Source of the DNA: Saccostrea echinata
Taxonomy: Eukaryota
NCBI RefSeq assembly: GCF_033153115.1
Contig: NW_026889771.1
Span: 11,470,001 to 11,534,000 of the forward strand
DNA: 64,000 nucleotides
Direction of reading: 5' to 3'
Part shown: piece after piece, positions 53,885 to 64,000 of the stretch
Position numbering within the stretch: position 1 is the stretch's first letter
Layout: each line of letters opens with the position of its first letter
Notes under the pieces: model-generated
What the model was told of the DNA's origin: nothing
Databases searched by the model: none
Seen by the model: the letters and a program-made list of their open reading frames with translations, nothing else
Translations under genes and position numbers: made by a program

Positions 53885-55043
53885 TTATTTAGAGAAAGTG
53901 AATGATGAAGCCAGGTTAAATGGTATAGTTTTGTTGCAGAACGGTGTTTTTGTTTTTTGTTTTTGTGTGTTTGTGTCTTTTTTTTTTTTTTTAAATATAA
54001 AATTTGTTTTCTATTTTGTATGCGTGAATTTTAGCTATTCAAAGACGGCCAAAAAATTCTCGGACAAACAAAAGTGAATTCGAATAAACTTCTTTGAAAC
54101 TCTGAATCTTGCGTACTGCATGCGTCAAATTGGTTAGTACTTATTACACTTACAAAAGGCCTGTATTTGACATATTTCTTAACAGATCACCACCAGCCTA
54201 CGCATAAGTAAAATGTTCAAGGGGAATAAACAATCTATCCGACAATTGCATTATAACAACCATTGTCCCTGAAGAAGGAAACAAACCAAGTGCTCCGGGG
54301 TGTAATTTCCTTTTCAGATACTGCCTTAATTCATATGCTGGAGAATGGGCGTCCAAGGATAATAGAGATCAATTTCCATTCATTGATATTGATAGCACTT
54401 TTCGTGTTTGTATTTATCTATTTAACTTCATCAGAATGAGTGCGTTGTGACTTGTTTCATTAAACTGATCACAATTTATAGTTTGGGCATGCCTGACACC
54501 TAGAAGATACCGTATTTTTTTTTAAAGCAAGTTCAAAAAAATTTAGATTCTGTAGATCATCGACCATTTTGCATCCCCTTGAAATAGGGCAGTGGGTTTA
54601 GTCGGCTGCTGGAGGGGATGGTCTATCTGTGATTGTGTTAGAAAGTGCACATGGGGAAAATGATTTTTTTGTTTGTTGATTCGCTACAATAATTCTTTAA
54701 TAATAACATATATAAAGTTAAGAAGAAATAGTCTAAAAATTTCTTAAACTAAGTGTTAATTGTTGTTATTATATATCAATTTTATTTTCATTTCTCCCCA
54801 GATATTTGTTTATTATGATTTTATAAAAAGGGGTTTCTAAAAATACTCCCCAACATGGGAGTGTGTAAGATATGACGCTAATCGTTAGGAGTTTCCGAAT
54901 ATAATTTTTTTTGTTTTGTTTTGTTTTGTTTATTTTTGTTTTTGTTGTTATTGATGTCAATTGCATATGCATATTTATAGATATGACATACAAAAATATA
55001 TCGTTTATGAATATAATAAACAATACAAAAATTCTATAAAAGT

Positions 55044-55045
<2 letters not shown>

Positions 55046-55087
<42 letters not shown>

Positions 55088-55091
55088 GAGA
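55046..55091. repeat. (GA)n microsatellite
   Basis: Direct reading. Confidence 0.95.
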
Positions 55092-57676
55092 GGAATATCT
55101 AGTTAGTTATAGAGCTGGTAAGACTATGTCCAAGAATTGCAAGATGCCTTTAAATGCCTAGGGTCATACAAGTAAAACCCAATCTTTCCATTTATTTTTA
55201 AACTCATTAACTTAATTACTTTTTTGTTGCACTATATTTCCTTGTAGATAACAATAATTTTTGTTATGATTATGCTTCAGATGTGAATAACACAGCGATA
55301 ACCCCCTCCCCTTACATTTCGCATTTATTGCGAAGTCCATCAACACAGTCTTCAGTTTCACGATTATACATTCCTTTATCTCTGATTTTTCCTATCAGTG
55401 AATTAATTTATTTTGATTAACAAATTTATTGAAAATTAAAGTAGTGCCATTTTTGGTTATCCGATTAAATGTTTAGATATTTTTAAACTTTGAAATAAAA
55501 AATTTTCATATTAAAAATTCATGAGTGTTTAACTTGGACTTTCTTTTTTCTTGCGGAAATAACTTCAAAAATGTTAAATAAAAAATGCGATCGATCAATT
55601 TTAACTTGTATATAAATGATGTCTTGTTTGTTTGTGAATTAGCGCACGATAGGCATGCAGCGTGAAAGACGCTGAAATATATTTACATTTGCAAATGCTT
55701 TCTTTTATATAACACTACTGAAAGCAACGCGTATCTATATCCGTATAAACACGGGTTCCTCGCGTCATAAACGTTCGACGTAATTTCTCAGTGACGTCAT
55801 AAAGGGTTGACGCGCAATCAGAGGATCAAACACGTGGCGTTGAGTTTGAAAAAATAAAACATTTCACGAGTTAAAGATTATAATCAGGCTAATATATAAT
55901 ATGAATAAGTCACAAATGTAAATATAAGTAATAAGGTATCATTTTAAAACATCTATCGGAATATAAATACGGGTTGGTACGGTACAGTATTGAAATATCG
56001 TTTACTGTAAACTTTTTTGAATCGCGTGCGCTATATTTCCTCGAGTTTGGCTCCTTCTTATAATCGCGAATATTTCTCGCCGCGAATCAGTTTCCTAATA
56101 GTGTATTAATATATATAGAACCTTTCGGTTAATAATCGTCTTGGATGAATTTTAAACCGTAATAAAATGTTATCAATAATAGAAGGTGTACAGTATTTTC
56201 AAATATATTACCAGTAATATTCAGTAGTTCTTTTTGGGCATGGTTAATAGATAATCATTAATTCTTTCTATGTGTTTCAGTAGTCAAGCTTCTGTTTTTC
56301 GAGTTATCAACAGTCAGTTTAAAACATCACATATCTGATCATTACAAAATTTCAAACAAGTCGAGACTAGAACAAAAAATTAAAAAGGCTTCTTGAAAAA
56401 CCCACATGACGAATTGGAGGTAAAAAATACCCCTATAATCCTTATTGAGCAATCTAATAAGAGCCAAAGACTAAAAAAATCGATAGATGTAATAAACACT
56501 TCTCCGAATTGAGAATGGTTACTATTTTTTCTTGCAATTAATAGTGCTAAAAGATAACATTTTGTTAAAGATATTATGACCAGCAATGTTCTTTAAGCGT
56601 AGAGAGATTCTTAAAACATATTTACCATGCCGAGCGAAGAAAATCAGCAATGATTAGAGAACACTTTTAATCATATACCATTGAAGATGGCGTTTCTCAA
56701 TTTCTGTTGAATACAACTTAAATCTGGAGAAAAGGTCCTTCCTATTGTGAGGTATGGATTTTATAGCTCGTTACATAAAATAGGGGTATACATGTATGCA
56801 CGAAAACCTTAAATTTAGCGTACCATCGAAATATTTTTTCAACGCAAAAATAAAGTTCTTGTGAATAATAATGGGGAATTAATTTCTTACTTTTCGTAGA
56901 TATATGAAAACTGTATCTCGCAAATAAATATCTCTCACTGTCTCGCCAAACTAAGTGATTACGGGTTATAATGAGATTCCCTTTCTCCCTGTGTCATTTT
57001 TTTTTTCATTATTTCATGTGCACAAGTTCTTCTAGTCTGTTAATCAAAATATATTAAACCAACGCACTTTACAAACCATAAAGTACGATAGACATTTCTT
57101 TTCCCAAGGTTATAAAATATTAGTGATGATGAAGAAAAAGGTATCATTTTACATCACCTACTGAGTATTCGATTACGAGCTATTCATCAGACTTTTATTT
57201 ATATTTTATACCAATGGGTGTTCGCTACTGGGTTTACAACTTTACCTTTAGGGTTAAACAAATAACAATAGATATTTGCTCTCTATCATTTTCACCTTCA
57301 TTTTATTGAATTATACAAAAGTATTTTTTCCTGCGCAGTAATGTAAAGTTTTAAAAATAGTTAATTTTAACTTACTCACCAGCAAGACAAAAAACCGACA
57401 TGGATTACTTGTCTTTGTATTTTCACAGTGAAATATTTAGGGAGTTCATCCTTCTTTGTCTATTTCACTCAATGTAAAAGTTCAGAGAATAAAAAAAAAT
57501 GGTGCCGGATATATGTCCTTTTGCCCCCTTTAAAAAAAATGATATGAAGTGCTGTGGTATCTTTCCCAGCCAGGGGTGTTCGGTCCGATCTATTCGCCGA
57601 CCTAAAACTCTTGGCTATCGAGGAATGATCATGCTGTTGCTGGGGTCAACTAAGGTGATTTATTTGTGAAATATGA

Positions 57677-58395
57677 AGATAACGAGAAGTAATCAAGCTT
57701 AAAAGTCCACTGAAACAATACAAATTTGGAGCAGAACAAACATGGGCCTCCAAAAACATCAGAGGTGGGATCAGGTGCCATGAAGGAGTAAGCCCCCCCT
57801 GTCGACCGGCCACACCCTTGTGCTCCTTGTCATGGTCGGGCAAGCGGGAAAAATCCGTAGACAACAATGACTTAAAAAATTGTATGAAAAATGTCAGTCA
57901 ACATTTAATGATAGATTGTATTTGCTGACAAGGTCATTAGAATTTACGATATTCTTGTTTCATCAACTTATTTGTCAATAGTTTGACTCGTTTTACAAAA
58001 ATTGTTCGTAATTAGAGCATGCTCTTGCATATGGAATCAACTAGGAGATAAAACCTCCATATGCAGGTGGTAAGGGTATATTGCTACATAAATAAGGGAA
58101 GTTGACGATAGAAAAGTTTAAGTCATCACGTTTATCATAAAGTTTTGTTGTTAGGTTACCATTAACATCTTTTTCTAGTAAAATACCCAAATATGAAACG
58201 GATGTGTCATACTCTGTGGTATCTTTTATTTCGAGTTCAAAGGGATATATCGAATTAACGTAGGAATGAAGATGAATATTGTTATTTGATAAAACTTCGT
58301 CAATATGTCTAAGTGTTGAAGTGAAGGCCACAGCAAGAGACTTCTTCTTTTGACGTAGAAGTTTTTGAATAAATTCTGCTTCATATGAATACACG
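57677..58395 (-). pseudogene. Decayed Penelope-like retroelement RT 3' fragment
   Basis: YSYEAEFIQKL...RHIDEVLS (decayed YIDD)...LYDKRDDLNFSIVNFPYLCSNIP..PAYG, followed by the CACCTGATCCCACCTCTG tail. Confidence 0.8.
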
Positions 58396-58721
58396 TTGTT
58401 AGAAAACTTGACATGTCCTTTTATTTCGTCTCGTTTCATAAGGGTACTTTTAAAGAAATCTTTGAAAACCCCTCTTTAGAATTATTGAATATGTTTACAG
58501 AGATGTATTTACAAATCAACATTTCCCGTAAAGTGGAAAATACAGTAGTTTCAGCAGAGGTGCTTGTTTTTTTTTTGTTTTTTTTTATAAAATGTGGATA
58601 TTTAAATAAAAAAAAATGTCATCTTCAGTATTTAAACTTTTTTGGCTCTAATTAAAAACGAATAACACTTACACAGTAAAAAATTATATGAGGTATCAAA
58701 CATTCTCATCCTCCGGAGATT

Positions 58722-58801
58722 TATCTTCGCTAACCAAGGGTTTTCTGTCACTCTGCTTCCCATAAACAGAGCTGACCGAAAACCCTTGGCTAGCGAAGAT
58801 G
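58722..58801. mobile_element. 80-bp hairpin mini-element related to the 38385 MITE
   Basis: ATCTTCGCTAACCAAGGG...CCCTTGGCTAGCGAAGATG; flanks CCGGAGATT/CCAGAGATT. Confidence 0.7.
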
Positions 58802-59137
58802 CCAGAGATTAAAGTTTTTTTTTTAATTTGTTGTTTTTTTTTGTCTTTCTGAAAATCATCAAGAGATATTGGATATCGACCTACTCTGCAAAAAGCGCAC
58901 CTTAAAAGCTTCAAACAATCATAATTCTCTTATTAGATTTTTGTGGACCTTTGACGTGATCTCCACTGAGGTTTGACACTTCATCAAATCATAGAGAAAA
59001 CGCGTTTAAAATGCGCCGTTAGAATTTTCTATTGGAACTGACCCAAAAGAAAGAAAAAAAAAACTAAATGGAATCTTAGACATTGACCAATCCTTGCATC
59101 GAACGGTGGAAATTTGCTTGTTCAGCATTTTACATTA

Positions 59138-59850
59138 TATAAATAGTGCACGTTTTTGAGGGTAACAGTTGAAATTGACACCCTAAGGAAAACCATTGTC
59201 AACCGACGCGTCAGCGCAGGTTGACAATGGTTTTCCGAGGGGTGTCAATTTCAACTGTTACCCTCAAAAACGTGCACTATTTATTTTATTATACTGAATG
59301 TCCTTGATTTCGGATGTTACAAAAAAAATTCGGAGATCGTCGTTAAGTTCACGCTAAGAAACTTTCAAACTCCCCGCTCCTATTTTTCTCAATAAGAAAG
59401 CTTCGGAAAAGATTTACCAACCTCTTTATTGTTTGTTTGCTACTCAAAAAGTCCTTTATCATCTAAAGTTTGCACTCGCAAGGATGTTTCGTCTGTCGTT
59501 TGTTGGTTTCAAGTAAGCTACATCGGACGCTAGCTTTTATTGACGTCGTTTATTCGGCTTCTTTCAAACGCACAACTGACGTTTTGAGAATTCTACGGTG
59601 AACCGTACGCGCACGATTTGAACGCATGTGATATTTTCGTAATGTTACCCGTTGTCAAGTGTGTTGCTTACGCTGAGGGTAATATTATATAAATATTGCA
59701 TGTAGTTGAGTGTAAAATTGAAAATTTTCACCCCAAGAAAACCATTGTCAACCTCGGCTGCGCCTCGGTTGACAATGGTTTTCTAGGGGTGAAAATTTTC
59801 AATGTTACACTTAACTACATGCAATATTTATTATATTATACTGAATGTTT
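59138..59850. repeat. Pair of related ~140-bp palindromes (about 59138-59285 and 59690-59830)
   Basis: Shared AAAACCATTGTCAACC..GGTTGACAATGGTTTT cores; both followed by TTATACTGAATGT. Confidence 0.85.
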
Positions 59851-61974
59851 TATACAAATACAAGTTACAGTGAACATTGCGCGCATGATTTCTGCGCAGT
59901 CAATATTTTTTGGAATATCACCCGTCGTTAAGCAATGTTGACTGTTGCTACGCTGGAGGGCATGGCTTCATCATTCAGCGGGTAATAGTGTTTTTTAACA
60001 AATGTTTCTCGACGAATCAGATTCAACTAATTTACATGAAAGTATAATATTACGGATTGTTAAATGCTTCTAAACCAATCAGATTTTAGTATTTAACATG
60101 AAAGTATAATAACATAATTATATCCAACGTACATGTATGGGGTTAAAAAAAAGACATTAATAATACTAGTATTCAGATCACAAAATAATGTTCATATGCA
60201 GTCTTAGTGGGCAGATTTTCCCGTCCCTTATATCTCTTACCCTCAAAGGTGACCCAAGGGGAGGATTTTTTCTGATTGCGGAGGCAACGCTGAGGAACGA
60301 CCCTCAAAACCCTCTTGAACAAGTGCGAATAAGATTTCCTCATTGTGAGTATTCGTTCCTTGGTTCTTTTACGAATCCCCCGCTCTGTAGATGGATAATG
60401 TCACCTTCCGTGCACCATTGTCATTACTTAAAGCACAATTAAATGTCGATTGGGATTTCATAAAAGATAGAGAATTCGCCAAAATAATCATTAATAAGAA
60501 AAAACAAGAACAACATGGTCATAACAAGTACGTAAAACGCATATTCCAAATAAAGAGATTCAACCTTAAACATACTGCGCAAATTCTACTTAATGGCTTC
60601 CCGAGGACAAATGTTTATAATTGCCGTTAGTTCTTAATGGGTAATTTAGGTAAAATGTATTTTACTCTATGCAACTCCAATTTCCTCTCCTGGGGATATA
60701 CTGTTTCTAGGATAGTATAAAAAAATGTGATTGACACTTGAATCACAAGTTTATGTATGTGAATTACATGTTTCCAAAATATAAACTTTTCGCATATAAA
60801 TCACAGGATACAAGATTACAGAATCTGAATAACAATATTCTAATATACATGTATTTCACAAGATTTACAGTATGAATCACAACTTTACGAATATGAATAA
60901 CAAGTTTTTCGAATATGAATAACAAGATTTTGCATATTAATCACATATTTCATCAAATACAACACACGATTTGTATGATAATGCAACGTATTAGTTGTCA
61001 CACCCCTGCTTAAGACAGAAGCTTATTTGATACCAATACCGGTCGTGTATAGAGTAGGCTTTCCCAGTCTAATTAAAATTATATGTTTCGAATCCGCTAC
61101 CGTTTGAGAAGAGGTAGCGGATTCGGAACATCGAATTTTAAATAAATTGTGCTTTCCCCTCTAAAATCTTTCCCCCAGAAAACTGGCTTTAGAGAAGGAT
61201 CCCCCCCCCCGGAAAATATGTTCTACAGTAAAATCTCCCCCATGGAAAAATGACACTAGAGTAGGATTTCCCCTATGAAAATCCCACACCAGATTCAATT
61301 TTCCGGGGGAAATCCTACGCTCCAACTCTGTGTGATAGTTATCGAGTGCTATTTCCGTCAGAGCCACCCCCCCCCCTCCCAATATATTATCATGCCTGTA
61401 TTCTAGAAGTGTAATTGCTCTCTGCTTTCAAATCCAATATTGCACCACTGGGGTCGAGGAGACATACTTATGCTACGGCTTCCAAGTGCAGAGATTCTTG
61501 TATTGTTTCGTTTTTGGCTTTTAGCGGTCCCCCCTTTTTCCCTTTTGAAGAACTACTTGATTAAAATACTCAAAAAATGGTATGTGAAACCTATGAATAA
61601 TAAAATTTTTAGAATTTTCTCACACTCTTTTTAAAAAGCACAGACCCATAGATAAAATAACGGGCCGATAGAGGGCAAAGCAAATTAGAAAATCTCTAAA
61701 GATGACCCGATACACATTTTAAAATTCATGAACAAACAGGCACCGCTGCGTCAAGACAGTTGTTGAGACATCGAGTTTTAGGATTTTTTTTTTGAGTGGC
61801 TAATTTACAATTTCCTACGAGTTAAAATTTTGAGTTGAGACTCAATGATTTAAGCTACATGTATATATATATTTAGATTTGTGGGATTCCCTCTGGGAAG
61901 AAGTCCTACAGCACAGATTCCGGGAATAAAGCTGGTTATGAGGAAAATCCTACTCTACAACACTGTTAAATTTG

Positions 61975-62432
61975 TTACTTTGACCTTTGCCCCTTTTGTT
62001 ACTTTGACCTTTGCCCCTTTCAGCTCAAAATCATAGTCATGTTTTGGTTATAGATATTTCATACCGTATATGAGTTTGTGACCCTGACCTTACATCTTTT
62101 GGCCTCAAAATCGATAGACGTCTTTCTGAAGCTAGACTCACCACCTTATGAAGTTACGTTGCAAAAGTTCAAAGAGAACTAAAGTTATCATCTGGAAACC
62201 GTCAACTTTATACAATATATGAATTTTTAACCTTAAATAGCCCCTTGGACCTCAAAATCAATAGGAATCTCTTGTAAGGCAAAGTGAAAATTTCATTGCA
62301 AAAGCTATAAAGCACTATTTATTAGAGATATCATTCGTAAACTCAATTGTTACATATAGACAGAATGACGAATAGACAGCTACACGGACAGACACAAATT
62401 AATATCCCCAGCTTTTAGCGAAAGCAGGGAAC
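61975..62432 (+). repeat. Degenerate TGACCTT Helentron-like fragment
   Basis: TGACC...CTCAAAATC units, GACAG repeats, terminal CCC...GGG hairpin. Confidence 0.5.
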
Positions 62433-63237
62433 AGAAACTTATACAGATTCAATATATTGTAAAAATCTGACAAATTTCCTAGCATTAGCCCTACTTCTTT
62501 CATGAAATATATATTTTCTTAAAAACAAATCATAGAGCAATACCACATTAAATGTGAATTGACATCCTATCGGTTATGGCCTGGGATCAATAAGATACTA
62601 GCTGTATACGTGATAACTGAAGTAGCTCCAGAACGCACGTTCTATAATATCGTACTCCTCGTGGGATCACAAAAGAGCGTAATTCGTGCTCTTGGGCGGG
62701 AAAACCTGAGGCATTCTATGTTGATATTGTAAATAATTACTAATCTTAATGTATCTTTTAGTTTATCTAATTAGCCTTCAACATAGACACATCTTGCTTT
62801 AAAAATAGTGTTATCATTTAAACTGATGCAAAGTCTATACGTACTCTACAGTGCAACCCGATAATGGCACCTCATTGTAACGATGTAATTTAGAATAAGA
62901 TGAAACGTTTATATTTTGTTTTCTATTCCAGTAAACACTTTCGAATTAAAACAAAAAGTAATTAAGAATTCCACTGACGAAGAAATGTAAGGCATCTGTA
63001 TTTCTTTTTTATGGAAATGGGAGCCTTCTCACGAAACTCTTACTTCTAGAGATATTACAAGCGTACAAATCAAACTGAAAGCGATATCCGACAGTTGCTG
63101 AAAACGTCATACAACACTACGGGGACAACCATTTGGTTCTGAGATGTGGGGATGGCAGATTTTTGAAATAAATATTCTGTCCCTGAAAATTTTGAAAATA
63201 AATACCGGTGTTGTAGAGTAGGATTTCCCCAATAACC

Positions 63238-63992
63238 TATGGAACGCCTAATTAACATATATTCAAATATTTGAACCTATCTTTAATTAATTGTACCTAT
63301 CTTCAAATCAATTGTACCTATCTTCAAATAAATTAAAGATAGGTTTAATTCAATTTTACCTATCTTTAATTCATTTGAAGATAGGTACAATTGATTTGAA
63401 GATAGGTACAAATGCCATGAATTAAAGATAGGTATAATGGATTTAAAGATAGGTGCAATTGAATTGAACCTATTTTTAATTATAAAGACACTGACAATAA
63501 CAACTACTCCCTATAAAATGCTTTGTGCAGTTCCCTCCATGTTCAAGTCCCTGTTAGAGGGAGCTTTCATTATTTTCAATAACAGAAAAAGAATTCAACC
63601 TAGGTATAATTGAATTGTACCTATCTTCAAATCCTTTGTGGATATGTTTCAATTGTACCTATCTTCAAATCAATTATACCTATCTTCAAATCAATTGTAC
63701 CTATCTTCAAATGAATTGAAGATAGGTATAATTCAATTGAACCTTTCTTTAATTGAATTGAAGATAGGTATAATTCAATTGAACCTATCTTTAATTGAAT
63801 TGAAGATAGGTATAATTATTTACACCTATCTTTAATTCATTTAGACCTATCTTTAATTCAATTGTACCTATCTTCAATTCAATTGTACCTATCTTCAATT
63901 CATTTAGAGATAGGTTCAATTATTTGAAGATAGGTACAATTATTTGAAGATAGGTTCAAATATTTGAATACATGTTAATTCGGCGTTCCATA
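63238..63992. mobile_element. TATGG...CCATA (IS3EU-like) MITE built from 21-bp ACCTATCTT units in both orientations
   Basis: ~40-bp TIR TATGGAACGCC..AATTAACAT; 6-bp flanks ATAACC/TTAACC. Confidence 0.75.
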
Positions 63993-64000
63993 TTAACCAG

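Noticed and set aside
63280-63960. CRISPR-like array
   Set aside because: Tandem 21-bp units without unique spacers, inside a TIR element in eukaryotic DNA

Overview
AT-rich, intron-containing animal DNA. The repeat families (166-bp-type satellite inside Helentron-like elements, V-domain SINE, Penelope fragment) point to a bivalve, most likely an oyster; this is inference. Genes built exon by exon from splice sites and frame: the 3' end of an unknown + strand gene (366-817), USP22 (-, 13 exons), DHRS7B (+), TMEM11 (-) and FBXL16 (+). Main findings: (1) coding exon 3 of DHRS7B is split by a 6.6-kb CCC...GGG/2-bp-TSD DNA transposon that itself carries a nested 2.8-kb TIR element, and a second, inverted copy lies in the last intron of the same gene; (2) miniature LTR retrotransposons whose ~123-bp LTRs are mostly a tRNA-like Pol III cassette, including a 3-LTR tandem array in the TMEM11 3'UTR whose empty site is preserved in a local duplication; (3) USP22-DHRS7B-TMEM11 order and orientation match human 17p11.2; (4) long palindromes capped by GCGNAGC mini-hairpins, plus many MITEs with readable TSDs.
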